Shown: one piece after another, positions 38,086 to 59,419 of the stretch
Layout: every line of letters begins with the position of its first letter
Numbering within the stretch: position 1 is the stretch's first letter
Assembly: GCF_009914755.1 (NCBI RefSeq)
Contig: NC_060940.1
Reading direction: 5' to 3' (one strand)
Length of the DNA stretch: 64,000 bases
From: the human T2T-CHM13v2.0 reference genome, Homo sapiens
Translations under genes and position numbers: made by a program
Notes under the pieces: model-generated
Database searches by the model: none
The model's input: only the letters and a program-made list of their open reading frames with translations
What the model was told of the DNA's origin: nothing

Positions 38086-41000
38086 TCAACATCAGACATA
38101 TTCAGTTATTTAAATAATCCACATATTTTCATAATAATTTTGTATATCTTGTTAGATTTTAAAATAATTGTAGCTTTTCTTAGATTTTTCCGTTGTGACT
38201 GTGATAATTTTTTATTTGCAATTGTTTATTTTTAAGGCAAATATCAACTATAGTGTCAGAGATCCAAGTAAAAATATTAGACTGTAGTCTAATCTTAAAA
38301 TAATAATTATATGAGACAAATGGAATTTATTGAATGCACAAATGAATTTATGTTGGAATTGAAGGAGACTCTTTTGCATCTTAACCAAGAAACAGCACAC
38401 AATAAAACGACTGCTAAACAAAGGGACATGGAACAGGAGTAGGAGATAAAATATTGCAGAGTAGAAGTTAAATTATCATTTATACATTAAGAAAATTTGT
38501 ATTTGTGAATGCAAAAGTATCAAATGTAATTATTCCTATGACATAATTGTTAAACATTTTAAAACCTAAGTTTATTAGGCAGAAGAAAAACTGACTTTAT
38601 GAAGAAAAACAGTCTCATTATAATGAATAGACAACAGATGTCACCACACAGTTACAGTCTCCACTAAGTGTATAATATGCCCATAGTTGGTAAAAACCTA
38701 TTATAAAAAATACTATTTCTGAACACAATAAGATAATTTAGTTCACGACATCTTATACATTATTACAGACTTCTGGGTATAAAACACCTCTACTAATCCT
38801 GGAAATGTTGTCGCTGACTCTTGTAGTGAAGATACAATACTAGCAGATTAATTTCCAAATTATACTACATAATATCAATAAAATAATTTTATGACTTTGT
38901 AAAACTCAGCAATGATGAGCAATGAGGATTATATTAATTAAATTAGAAGTAGTTAGGGGCTGGTTTAGGGTCCTGACCTTCATTTCTTCTCCACAAATGT
39001 ATTCCATGACTCAGTAATTATTGCCTCCTTCCTGCATGCCTTTTGCACTGAGTTAGTTTCTAGCCCCGAAGAATTCATATTCCAGATAAGACCTATTGCT
39101 CCATCTCCCAATGCACTTTCTTTACTTGCAGACTGTGCCTCCTAGACAAAAATTATAAAGTATTCACTGAACAGCTTCTTGCTGCAAGGATGAAGAGCTC
39201 AGGTGATGCTTAGGACACCCATTGAGTATGTGGGAGGGAGGCAGCCAGGTCTGGGATATGGGATTGTGATCCTGTGACCTCATCTCCCCACACAATTGCA
39301 ATTATCATTTCACTTATAGCAACAATGACAGTAAGCACTAGTAACAATGACAGTTGAAGATATTTTTGGAAAATAAAACTTTGTATCAATTACTAATTGC
39401 CAAATACAATTAGAACTTTCTAGTGAGTGTCTCCAAAGAAATGGGTGTCCCGGAGAGGCTTGTATCTTCCATGATCTATGGAGGAAAAAAAAAGGGCTCA
39501 TGTGGAGGGAGCAGGAAATGCAGAGTCAGAGATATGAGGGACTTGCAGCAGTGTAGCTGTGTCTTACTGGATTCTGTGCTACCCTGAGCCTTTCCCCTAG
39601 TGAAAATCTACTTTGATGTTAATTCTCAGATTCGTGGGCCTAACTATTATTTAATTCTATATAGATAAATGGTATAATACAAAGAACTTGAGAAAGGTGT
39701 GTCAGCAGGTTACAATGGAAATAAGGATTTCAAGGTAAATTTTGGTATGAAAAGTATATTGGGACTTTTTTCAATGTAGAGCAAATTAACATGCAAATGT
39801 ACATTACATATATTCCAGGAATATATATATTTTATCAACATTTACCCATATAGATATAAAGATTCTGAAGCATACAATATTTATATTTATTAGACTGTCT
39901 TACACACAGCAAAGCACCAAGTTTATGTAATCCAGATAGAAATTCTAGCAATGACTAATGGATAAACTGATGCTACTTAGGTTTTTCAAGAGTTTTAAAG
40001 TAGTGGTCAATATTTGCAATAGATTTTATGAAGGGCGAATAAGGGTAATAGGAGAACTTTGCCTTAATTGGCCATAGAAATATTACAGACATATAAAAGA
40101 CATATGAATATAAATTTTAAAAAATTAGCTATTATAAACCATTGTTCCAGCATATTAAAGTATTATAAAATGATCAAGTGCCCTTTATACCACAAATGTA
40201 AGTAAGACTCAGCATTTGGAAATCCAGTCATACCATTAATCACATTAATAGAATCAATTATGGAAAACAGAAAAAAAAAACTAGGTTGCAATCCTAGTTT
40301 ATGACAAAACAGACTTTAAACCAAAAAAGATAAAAAGTGACAAAAAAGGGCATTACAAAATGGTAAAAGGTTCAATTCAACAAGAAGACCTAGTTATCCT
40401 AAATATATATGAGCCCAACACAGGAGCACCCAGATTTGTAAAGCAAGTTCTTAGAGACCTTCAAAGAGACTTAGACTTCCGCACAATCATAGTGGGATAC
40501 TTTAACACCACACTGACAATATTAAATAGATCATCAAGACAGAAAGTTAACAAAGATATTTGGGACCATAAGGCCATAACTCAGCGCTGGATCAAGTGGA
40601 CCTGAAAGACAACTACAGAACTCTCCACCAAAAAAAAAAAGAAAAAGAAAAAAAACAAAACAAAACAAAAAAACAGAAAATACATTGTTCTCATTACCAC
40701 ATGGCACTTACTTTAAAATTGATCACATAATCGGAAGTAAAACACTCATTAGCAGGTGCAAAAGAACTGAAATCATAATAGTCTCTCAGACCACAGCACA
40801 ATCAAATTAGAACCCAAGATTAAGAAATTCACTCAAAATCATGAAACTACATGGGAACTGAACAACCTGCTCCTGCATGGCTTTAGGGTAAATAGTGAAA
40901 TTAAGGCAGAAATTAAGCAGTTCTTTGAAACTAATGAGCACAAAGATATAATGTACCAGATTCTCTGGGACACAGCTACAGCAATGTTAAGAAGGAAATT

Positions 41001-41738
41001 TATATCATTAAATGCCCACATCAAAAAGCTAGAAGGATCTCAAGTTAACAACCTAATGCCACAACTGAAAAAACTAGAGACCAAGAACAAACAAACCCCA
41101 AAGCTAGCAGAAGACAAAAAAATAACCAAGCTCAGAGCCAATGTGAAGGAGATATAGATGCAAAAATTCTTTCAAAAAATCAATGAGCTGTTTCAATCAA
41201 GGAGCTGCTTCTTTTTGAAAACATTAATAAATTGCATAGACTTCTAGCTAGACTAATAAGTAAGGAAAGAGAGAAGAATCAAATAGACACAATCAGAAAT
41301 GATAAGGAGGATATCACCACTGACCCCACAAAAATACGAACAACCATCAGAGAATACTATAAACCCCTCTATGCATATCAACTAGATAATTTAAAAATGG
41401 ACAAATTCCTGGACACATACACCCTTCTAAGGCTGAACCAGGAAGAAACTGAATCTTTAAATAGACCAATAACAATTTCTGAAATTGAGACAGCAGTAAA
41501 TAGCCTCCCAACCAAAAAAAAGCCCAGAACCAGAAGGATTTAACACTAAATTTTACCAGAGTTTCAAAGACGAGCTGGTGCTATTCCTACTGAAATTATT
41601 CCAAACAATTTAAAAGGAGGGGCTCCTCCCTAACTTGTTCTATGAGGCCAGCATCACTCTGATATCAAAACCTGTCATAGATACAATAAAAAAAAGAAAA
41701 CTTCAGGCCAGTATCCTTGATAAACATTGATGCAAAAA

Positions 41739-46841
<5,103 letters not shown>

Positions 46842-47084
46842 GTGCTGGCAAATCGAATCCAGAAGCACTTCAAAAAGCTTATCCACCATGATCAAGTAGG
46901 GTTCATCCCTGGATTGTGATGTTGGTTCAACATGAACCAATCAGTAAATGTGATTCATCACATAAACAGAACTAAAGACAGAAACCATATGATTCTCTCA
47001 ATAGATATAGAAAAGGCCTTCAATAACATTCAACATCCTTTCATGTTAATAACTCTCAACAAACTAGGTACTGAAGGAATATAC

Positions 47085-47453
47085 TAATATGGTTTGGCTG
47101 TGTCCCTACCCAAATCTCATCTTGAATTGTAATTCTGGCAATTCCCACTTGTCGTGGGAGGAACCCAATGGAAGGTGATTCAAATATAGAGGCAGGTCTT
47201 TCCTGCGCTGTTCTTGTAATAGTGAATGAGTCTCATGAGATCTGATGATTTGAAAAACAGGAATTTCCTTGCACAAGCTCTCTTTTTGCCTGCCACTATC
47301 CACATAAAATGTGATTTGCACTTCCTTGCCTTCTACTGTGACTGTGAAGCCTCCCCAGCCACGTGGAACTGTAAGTCTGTTAAAACTCTTTCTTTTATAA
47401 ATTGCCCAGTCTCGGGTATGTCTTTATCAGCAGGGTGAAAACAGACTAATACA
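47085..47453 (+). mobile_element. THE1 (THE1B/C-like) MaLR solo LTR
   Basis: TAATATGGTTTGGCTGTGTCCC...CAGACTAATACA; imperfect 5-bp TSD TATAC/CACAC. Confidence 0.92.
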
Positions 47454-47556
47454 CACACCTCAAAATAATAAGAGCCATCTATGACAAACCCACAGCCAAT
47501 ATCATACTGAATGGGCAAAATGTGAAAGCATTCCCCTTGAAAAGAGGCACAAGACA

Positions 47557-47880
<324 letters not shown>

Positions 47881-48270
47881 TCACCACTCCTATTCAACAT
47901 AGTAATGGAAACTCTATGTCCAGGGCAATAAGGCAAGTGAAAGAAAAAAAGGTATTCAAATAGGAAGAGAGGAAGTTCAACTGTCTTTATTTGCAGATGA
48001 CATAATCCTATATCCAGAAAACACCATTATCTCAGCCTGAAAGTTTCTTAAGCTAATAAACAACTTCAGCAAAGTCTCAGGATACAAAATCAATGTACAA
48101 AAATCGCTATCATTCTTATACACTGGTAACAGGCAAGAAAAGAACCAAACCATAAATGAACTCTCATTCACAATTGCCACAAAAAGTATAAAATTCCTAG
48201 GAGTACAGCTAACCAGAGAGGTGAAAGATGTCTACAATGAGGACTCCAAAACACTACTCAAAGAAATTAG

Positions 48271-49205
<935 letters not shown>

Positions 49206-51819
49206 AAAGAATGAGTATCATCAAAATGGTCATAGTGCCCAAAGCAGTTTATAAATTCAATGCTATTTCCATTAAACTGCCATTGACATTTTTCACAGAA
49301 CCAGAAAAAAAATTTAAAATTCATAGGAAACCAAAAAGGAGCCTGAATAGCCAAGACAATCTTAAGGAAAAAAAAAAAAAGCTGGAGGCATCATGCTACT
49401 GAACTTCAAACTATACTACATGGCTGCAGTAACCAAAACAGCATGATACTGGTATAAGAACAGACACATAGACCAATGGAAGAGAAAAGAGAAACCAGAA
49501 ATAAGATGGCACACCTACAACCATCTGATTTTCAACAAACATGACAAAAAACAAGCAATGAGCAAATAATTTCCTATTTAATAAATAGTCTTCGTGGAAC
49601 TGGCTAGCCATATGCAGAATATTGAAACTGAACACCTTCCTTACACCACATACAAAAATTAAGTCAGGATGGATTAAAGACTTAAATGTAAAACTCAAAA
49701 CTATAAAAACCCTAGAAGAAGACCTAGGCAATACCATTTAGAACCTAAGTGTGGGCAAAGATTTTGTCACAAAGATGTCAAAAGCAATTGCAATAAAAAC
49801 AAAAATTGACAAATGGAATCTAATTAAACTAAAGAGCTTCTGCACAGCAAAAGAAACTATCAACAGAATAAACAGGCAATCTACAGAATGGGAGAACATT
49901 TTTGCACTCTTTCTATCTGACAATGGTCTAATATCCAGCATGTATAAGGATCTTAAGTTTACAAGGAATAAACAAACAACCCATTTTAAAAAAGGGTAAA
50001 AGACATGAACAGACACTTCTAAAAATAAGACATACATGTAGTCCAACAAACACATGAAAAAAACCTCAACATTGATGATCACTAGAGAAATGCAAATCAA
50101 AACCACAAGGAGATACCATCTCACACCAGTCAGAATAGCAATTATTTAAAAGTAAAAAATAACAGATGTTGGCAAGGTTGTGGAGAAAAAGGAATGCTTT
50201 TATACTGTTGGTTGGAATATAAATTAGTTCAATCATTGTTGAAGACAATGTGGCGATTCCTCAAAGACCTAGGCACAGAAATACCATTTGATACAGCAAT
50301 CCCATTACTGGGTATATACCCAAAGAAATATAACTTTTTCTAACATAAAGATACATGCATGTGTATGTTCATTGCAGCACTATTCACAATAACAAAGATA
50401 TGGAATCAACCAAAATGCCCATCAATGATAAATTGGATAAAGAAAATATAGTAGATATACAGCATGAAATACAATGCAGCCATAAAAATGAATGAGATTA
50501 TGTCCTTTGCAGGGACACTGATGGAGCTGGGGAGCATTATCCTCAGCAAACCAACACAGGAACAGAAAATCAAATGCCGCGTGTTATCACTTATAAGTGA
50601 AAGCTGAATGATGAGAACACATGGACACGTGGGAGGGGAACAACACACACTGGGGTCTTTCAGAGGGTGGTGAATGGGTTAAGAAAAAATAGCTAATGCA
50701 TGCTAGGCTTAACACCTGGGTAATAGGATAATCTGCATAGCAAACCACCATGGCACGCATTTACCTATGTAACAAACCTGCACATCCTGCACATGTACTC
50801 CTGAAATTAAAATAAAGTTGTAAATAAAAAATCATAATACAAAATAGAATCAATGAGAATATGATCTGTTCATGTGTATGGACACAAAATAAAAGACATT
50901 GCCTGGATTCTGAGGAGAATTATATTTTTAAAAAATGTAATAAAAATTGAGTGTAAAATATTTATAAAAAACAAAAAAATCAAATTTGTGCAGATGAAAA
51001 ATGATGACACAACATGTTTGGGAGAGAAGACTCAACAGTACCAGGAGGTCAATAATGCTTTATTCTGCTTATAAATTGAGTTTGATTCCAATATAGATGA
51101 AATTTGCTTATGTTCTGAAGATAGACATTTTATTTCAAAGAAAAATAAATGAATAAAAAAAATCATGAAAAATCTGAAAATTAAAACAGAATGACTTCCT
51201 CAATTATATAAGGACTTAGAAAGTAAAATACTGTGCTGTGGATTTATCAAAAGACTGAGAAACTAATGGAATATAAAATTCAAAAATAGAATAAAACATA
51301 TATGGAAATATACATACAGTAAAAGCAGCAGTGGCGTAAGAGGAAGTGTAAACTTGGTGTTTCTCAGGAGACTCAGGGCCACTGATATGCAGAGAGGACT
51401 TAGTGTTAAATGCGTTTAGTTACTGCTACTCTGATGTTTCCACATGTATAGGAAGACATTTAGTATTTGACTAACAGCATATTTGGATATGGTCTTAACA
51501 GTGAGATTTCCCCTACCTCAAAATACATTGTAACCTCTTATCAGAACACACAGTGTATTCTCTGGTGAGCTGAAATATTACTGCTATCAGAAAATGTTCA
51601 TAACTTGCACATGGCCTGCTTGCTATGTTTGGGAACAATTTTTCTTAGGTGTTTGTAGTTTTCTCTGACCTGCCTGTCTGTGATTAGACATCTGGCCACC
51701 AGAGGTAACTTGTTGTGTACAGAAAGTGGCATTTATCATTGCACATTGCTCAATGTAGGATGGAGTCATGTAGTCTGAGAAATATTCATATCTGATTAAA
51801 GAAATTATAGAATAATAAA

Positions 51820-53345
51820 AATGGAGATCTGTACCACGTTTATTCACAAGAAGATACAATATTGTCAATATGTCAACTCTTTACAAATTGAGCTAGACAT
51901 TCGATACAATCCCAGTCAAAACATCAGAAATTTATTTTGACAAATTGATTCTCTAGTTTATACGGAGAAGGAAAATACCTAGAATACCCAACACAATATT
52001 GTAGGGGAATAACAAAATTGGAGGACTGAGACACCACTGAATTTCAAGACTTAATATAAAGCTACAGTAATCAAGACAGTGTGATATTGGTGAAAGAATA
52101 CACAAATCAACCAACAGAAAGAATAAAGAGCCCAGAAGTAGTTCTACATAAGAACATTTCTTTAACTTAAAAAACTAATGAATGTTTTTACAAAGGACTG
52201 AAGGAAATGCAAGGCAGCTGATAGTCTTTTCAGCAAATGGTACTAGAACAACTGAATACTCACATGCAAAAATATGAATCATAACTATTACATTTTCACA
52301 AAAAGTTAAAATTTATCAGAGGTCAAAATATAAAATGCAAAACTATATAAATTACAGAATATGACATAAGAGAAAATCTGGATGACTCTGGGTTTAGCAA
52401 TGAAATTTGATATACAGCACGAAAAGTTCAATCCCTGAAAGAATTTATAAGCAATAATTTATCAAAATTAAACATTTCTGCCTTTTCAAAGAAACTGAGA
52501 AGGAAAGAAAAGGAGAAGAGAAATGATAAAAAAATTGCAAATGACATATCTGGTTGAGGACTGTTTTTCAAAATATACAAATAACTCTTAAAACTCTGAA
52601 ATAAGAAAAAATATAGCCCAACTGAAAAGTAAAAATGAAAAGTGGGCCAAAGACCTTAACTGATACCTCACTGAGGCAGATCTATAGATAGAAAATAGTT
52701 ATATAAACAGATGCTGTACATAATATTTCATCAGAGAAATGCAAATAAGAACAAGACACCAGTGTACAGTTATTATAAATGGCCCAAATTCATAACACTG
52801 ACACCACCAAATGCTGACAAGAATGTGAAGCAACAAGAACTCTCATTCATTGCTGGTGAAAATGCAAAATGGTCGAGCTGATTTGGAAGACAGCTTAGCA
52901 GTTTCTTATAAGGTAAAACATTCCCTTATTGTATGATCCAGTAACCACAGTCTTTGGTATATACTCAAAGAAGTTGAAAAGTGAGGTCTAAACAAATCTA
53001 CACACAGACATTCATAGTACCTTTATTTATAATTGCCAAAACATGGAAGCAACAAATATGTCTTTCAGTAGTTAAACTGATAAATTACAGTCGATCCAAA
53101 TGTGGAATATAACTTAGTAATAAGGATTATGAGCTAAAAAACCATGAAAATATGTGGATAAAACTTAATTGCATATTACTAAGAGAAAGAAGGCAATCTG
53201 AAAAAGCTCCTTACTGCATGATTCCAACTGTTTGACGTTATGGAAAAACAAAACTGAACACATTAAAAGATTTAGTGGCCAGGTACTTGTCGGGAGTGAA
53301 GGATAAAGAGTTACAGAAGATTTTCAGGGCATTGAAACTACTGAT
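51820..53345 (+). mobile_element. L1MC/L1MD ORF2 3' part and 3'UTR
   Basis: TATAAAGCTACAGTAATCAAGACAGTGTGATATTGGTGAAAGAATA; AGTGGGCCAAAGACCTTAAC; GAAAGAAGGCAATCTGAAAAAGCT. Confidence 0.8.
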
Positions 53346-56300
53346 GAAAAATTCCAATTCACAAGAAAATGTACTTATTTCTGTTATATCTTGGCAGCTT
53401 AAGATAACTGGAATCATAACTAAAAGCATCATTTTAGGACCATCGGACTTCAGTTTAAATTTTATGTAAATATAGAATAATTTTTGTATAATCTTTAGAA
53501 TACTCACATTACTAACATATCCATTCAAATAGAACTTTAGAAAAGATTTAACATAGCAATCCAAATTATAACTGGTGATATATTTATATAAATTTATACA
53601 GTCTTGGAGGATTTATGTCAATAACATATCCATAAATTTAACTAAATGAATTTCTAGTATCACTTATCATTTGACAAAGCCTTCCGTGCAATATGCCAGA
53701 TAAGTCTAATCATGTAATAGCACTAGAAGATGATAGATACATTCTTTGAGGCTTTCCAGGAACCCACCTAAAAATCCTAAATCTAATTTTAGGTAAAAAG
53801 ACTTAATTTAAGATTTTGATTTTTGGGAAACCTGGAAAAGATGTCAAAGGTTCAAAACACTTGATCAAAAAAAACCATAGGTAACTGTTCAATAATAGTT
53901 ATTCACTTAACCAGAGTAATGACCAAAAGACTTCAAAAGCAAAACAGAATGTAATATTGATGTAAAGCCCTTAACTTTTTGAAAGCTCAGTTTTCCTAAG
54001 TAAGCAAAGACCTAATAAAGACAAGATAGAAAATTTTCTAGACAATGACATAAACATCGTTTTTTAGGCCAGTTACTAAAGAGATAAAGAAAGACCTCAT
54101 TTAGTATAATTACTTTTTATGAGAAGTCCATTTAGATAACCTGGAACTCAAACCTGATGAAAATGTTGTTAAATTTAATCAGACACAGGAAGAGTGTGTC
54201 CACGGTTTTTAGTGTATACTATATAAAGAGAAATGTAAAGAAAATTGGTATCTTGAGCAGAATAGAAGGTTTTTAGTAACAGCATGGGAAGTTTACTTGT
54301 TACATGGAACAGTTCAGACACATCAAGAAAAGTTCAGAGTACAGAGTCAAGTTGTACTGGAGGAAAACATTGCTTTTATAGACCCTTAATATAAACATTT
54401 TTGCAAAAAGCCATAATAGCAGAAGTAGAACAAGAGAAACAAAGATAAAAGAGTTGACAAATAGGTTGAAGGAGAGAGTTATAACCCCAACGATGCAAAG
54501 ATACACCTTTTTAAGGAAAAAAAAGGAGACCTTTATTTCCAACCTTAAACTAAGGAAATGAATTAGATTTCAGAAAGAAATGTGACCAAATACAAGGTGT
54601 CTGTAGTTCATACAATGGCTGCTAAAGAAAGAAATTTCACAACTAAAAAGTCAAAACCTCTCACAAGTTTTCTAAAAGCAAATTAGTACTTCAAAAAAAA
54701 AAACTTGTTCTAATATATGGGACCAAATTTTTTCATTTTATATTAGTATATTTTAACAGCAATGCTTAATGTTTGGAAAGACTATTACAAGTGACAATTC
54801 TATTTTAACTGTAGCCAATTTGAGCACACAAAAAATTCCTTATTTAAATCCCCTTTTTATGAACCTTATTATAACTTACATAGTCCACTTAAGACATGCT
54901 TGGATTTTCTGCCTTATTTTATACTTCCTCCTTCTTAAGTAACCAGTCATTTAACTTTAGAATGAAAAATGTACTATGCAAGGTTCTTTATTATGTAAAA
55001 TTATTCTCCTTTTATTACTTTCCTTAAAAAAATACATCTTAATGTACACTGCTTTTCTTTACATCTCTCTCCTACTGGTTCTTTCCTATCTTGTTTCTAG
55101 TCTTTTTCTAAATTCATATTTTGAAACAACCTTTAAATAACCTGCTGTTTGAAGAAAGTTTTCTCTTGATAAAGGGCAAATTTGTATTCTTCCTTATTTT
55201 ATCTCATTAAAACACATCATATATATTTATATAAACATAAAATATATAAAAACATAAATATATATATTTAGCACATTTTATATACAGAATTATATATATT
55301 AAAAATTTAAATTGTTAGTTATGTTAATATTTTACTGAAAACATAGGAAGTAAGAAATATTTGTCACATATCAGCATTTTCTACCTAAAAACATTTTATA
55401 ATTTTTTAGAAACATGTTTTTCCATAACATAATTTTTAGGTGTTTTAATAGACTCTATGACATTATTTTTACATATATTTAGTCTATATATTAAATTTCA
55501 GAATCCAAGTACATATTTATGTTTTTTCAGCTTTTATCCTTTTGGAAATGACCCACACATTTAATGAGTATTTAACATAACAAGATTTCAAATTACATAA
55601 ACATTTTATTTATGGTTGTTTATCCTATTTACCTCTGCCCAATTTATGTATTCTTAGCAGTTTGTCTAGATTATTTAGGAGAACTGAGATATTCAACAAA
55701 GCTCATAATTATTTCAAGTTATTTATCTGTTAATCATTTTTATAGCCTGGGACTATAGTTCAGGAAACACAGTTGTTTTTACTAAACCAACTAAGTTAAA
55801 TTAGTCCTATGTATTAAAAAAAGTATAGTTTTAGGCTAGGTTTATAGTTGCATAGCTCTTCTTGTCAAACCTGAATCTTAAAACATAGAACAGAGACAAA
55901 TATAAAACTAAGGAATAAACCCAGGGAAAATGTATGCTCGGAATATTGAAAATGTAAATTTTTATTTTACCAATAATTTTTAAACCAGCTAATTTATTAA
56001 AGATTTGCTTATGTTGTGAACTAAAACACCTTTCTGTTTATTATTATATGTTTTGTATTTTCTACGAGTGCTCATTTATCTTTGGGAAATTTCTGGTTGA
56101 CTATATTAGATTTTACCAAGGAGACACAACATACATCACAATACATATACATATGCATAAATACATCTAAATATATATACATGTATATGCATTAACAAAA
56201 ATAGTTTTTATTTTAGAATAGTATTCATGAGGGTGTAATACAAACCCTTTGATTTATAAGACTGTTGTATCCCAATTATATATCTGACAAAATTAGAAAC

Positions 56301-56931
56301 TGTTTACATGGCTAAACATTATTTGTCCCCAATACATAATCTAATGATGGCTGTGGACCAAAATTTTGAGTAAAGACGTTTCCATGGCAATTTTGTTTTT
56401 TACAAAATTTCCTTTACCTCTCTTCTCCTTTTTTTTTTATAATTTCAAATAATTTTAAGGTTAATTTCAAAGTCTTTACATTTTAACAAGGACTGACTAA
56501 ATTTTATTTAAAAAATGAAATCTCCAAGTAGCCTTGAATTAATAACAAGTCTATCTTTTTCCTTATCAGCCTCATTTGTTCTATTAGCAAATATGAATGA
56601 AGAATAATTTTAGCAGTTCTATTTTTTGGCTTTTTCATGTGACCTCTCTGTGGTAGAAAGAAGCAAAATATGTATACTAGACAGAGATACCTTATATTAT
56701 GGCTCTGCGGTCAATACTTTAATCTTTTTTATTGGAGGGCCTAACTTTCAGAAATGTTTATCTAGTTATTTTTCTTTTAAATTATTAATTTTTCAACTAA
56801 GTGTTTTATCATCATATACAATTGTTAGGCAAACCTGAATTCATATTTCTAAAAGGTGTTGAGGTTGTTGGTTACCATGGAGCTGTAGCAATTTATAAAG
56901 TCATCAATTTGAAAGTTATTTAAGACTTACT

Positions 56932-57233
<302 letters not shown>

Positions 57234-57327
57234 TCAACATGACTAGAAAAGTCAACAGATTCGGAATAGGCAGAAAAAAAGAGATAGAGAACTTAGAAGA
57301 CTCTAAGTGTTTTCTCTATTGTTGTAG

Positions 57328-57841
57328 TGTTGTTACCGAGTGAGCTATAGAGAAACGCCACACACTGAGACTAATTCAGGAATCCTTTTATTGCTGGCCA
57401 CCGAGAGACGGCTAGAGCTCAAAATTATCTCGGCTCCAAAGAAGGGGCTAGATTTCTTTTTATATCGTGGTCTAAATAGGGGAGGGGGAGTATAGCTGAA
57501 GCAATTTTTACAGAAGCAGAACAGGCAAACCAATTAAAAAAGATGAATTGGTTACAGTTGCAGAAAATAGTTCCAGGTGCAGGGGCTCAAACTATCACAA
57601 AGAGATAATGCAGGGGCTTTGGGTACCATCCTCTGAGCACATCCCCAGGAACTGCTGGTTCAGCTTGTCTCAATATCTTATCAGTAAGCACATTCCTGGA
57701 CGTGCTTGGAGTCATCTTGCACTAGTTATGTCCTTAAGGGAGGGAGGATAAGGGGGCTGCAAGTGAGGAAACAAAAATGGAGTGTGTCTGGCTCTCTTGG
57801 CTAAGAGAGACAATCGGGTTAAAACAAGGTAGGGTACCACG
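57328..57841 (-). mobile_element. LTR6B-like solo LTR (HERV-S71/HERV-T group, ERV1)
   Basis: AGAGAAACGCCACAC...CCGAGAGACGGCTA...GGTTAAAACAAGGTAGGGTACCAC; 4-bp TSD GTAG (57324-57327, 57842-57845). Confidence 0.85.
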
Positions 57842-58631
57842 GTAGGTTTTTCTAATTACAACCATTTGAGCTCTAGATTTTTCTTGATGTAATATTGTCT
57901 ATCGTTTAATAAATATGCATAAACAGAGCTGTAATATGTAGCTAACAGAAGTCCCAGAAAACCTGGCATACCTTAATATTTGAGAATCCCATTCTGTTTA
58001 TTATTAATCTCTGAAGAGCAAAGAAAATTCTATAATCTGTCACATAATATCTAAAGTTTGTACCAGTGTTTTAGATGGTGACCACTTCCCCAGTGGTTTT
58101 AAATTAGCCATCCAGTGTCCATAATCCAGAATGCTTATATTTGCTATTAGAAAAGTTCCAGAAACAAGCAAGAGAAAAAATAAATAAATAACATTAAAAA
58201 TAATGAGGCTTTAGCCAAACTAGATTCTAAGTAATATCAAAAAGCCTCTACATAAAGGAGGGAAGCTCAAGCTCAGAGAAGACTCACAAGGGCAGAAATG
58301 GCAAGTTCACAGGCCTCCAGTGTGTATTACACATTAGTTTTAGGATCTGCTCATTTCCTCTGTAGCGATCTTTCTCAGGTCTCATTGCTAACACTATATA
58401 TGCAAGCCTAAACACAAATATAGAGAGGCTGTCCAAAAGAAGAGATATTTATTTGGGAATAAAACATTGCACTGGAAATATGCCTGCCATAGTAAACTAT
58501 GTGTGTATTCAGGGAGGTAACGAAAAACAAAGCATTTAAATGAAAACAGGTCTTAATTACACAAATTCAGTGCATATTAAACCTGAAAGAAACAGAGTAT
58601 TTACCAAAAAATCTCAAGTATTAATCAAGAG

Positions 58632-58762
58632 TGTGAAAGGAAGGTATCTTGGGCACCCAAAATTACTAAGGAAAACTCAAGCTGGAAACTACTTAGGGCA
58701 AACCTGCCTCTCGTTCTATTCAGTTACCCCTCTGCTCGCTGAGATAGATACATATCTGATTT
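58632..58762 (+). mobile_element. MER4A1-like LTR 5' fragment
   Basis: TGTGAAAGGAA...CAAGCTGGAAACTACTTAGGGCAAACCTGCCTC...TGAGATAGATACATATCTGATT. Confidence 0.8.
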
Positions 58763-59077
58763 TTTCTCCTGATCCTGAGCTTCCCAGTCTCCCTCCCATT
58801 TTTCAGCCTTAACCCCAAAACTGCAGTCTTCTTCCTTCTCTGGACACTCCTGTCAGAGCTGGGTAACCCTCCTCAGTGCAGAGTTGCCCCTGCTCTGTGC
58901 TGAGATTGAGGTCTGGGCTCTGTCCTCCCAGCTTCCGGTGACTCTGTGATTAGTGTGTGTTGGGGCAGGCAGGGAGGTGAGGAAGAGACGTCAGGAGAGA
59001 GGCACCCACGCTGTCTAAAGGTTCCAGGCCACATTTCACCCTCCTGAGCAGGACAGACGTTTCTATAGTGTGTGAGG

Positions 59078-59419
59078 TTTTTTGTTTGTTTGTTTGTTTG
59101 TTTTTGTTTTGTCATTGTTGTTGTGGTGGTTGTTTTTTGAGATGGAGTTTTGCTCTTGTCACCCAGGCTGGAGTGCAATGGCAAGATCTCAGCTCACTGC
59201 AACTCCAATTCCTGTTTTGAGCAATTATCCTGCATCAGCCTCCAAGGTAGCTGGGATTACAGGCACACATCACTATGCCCAGATAATTTTTGTATTTTTA
59301 GTAGAGACGGGATTTTGCCATGTTGGCCAGGCTGGTCTGGAACTCCTGGCCTCAGGTCATCTGCCCACCTCGGCCTCCCAAAGTGCTGGGATTACAGGCG
59401 TGAGCCACCATGCCTGGGC
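59078..59419 (-). mobile_element. AluS with its tail decayed to (TTTG)n/(TTG)n
   Basis: Reverse Alu dimer ending GCCACCATGCCTGG. Confidence 0.92.
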
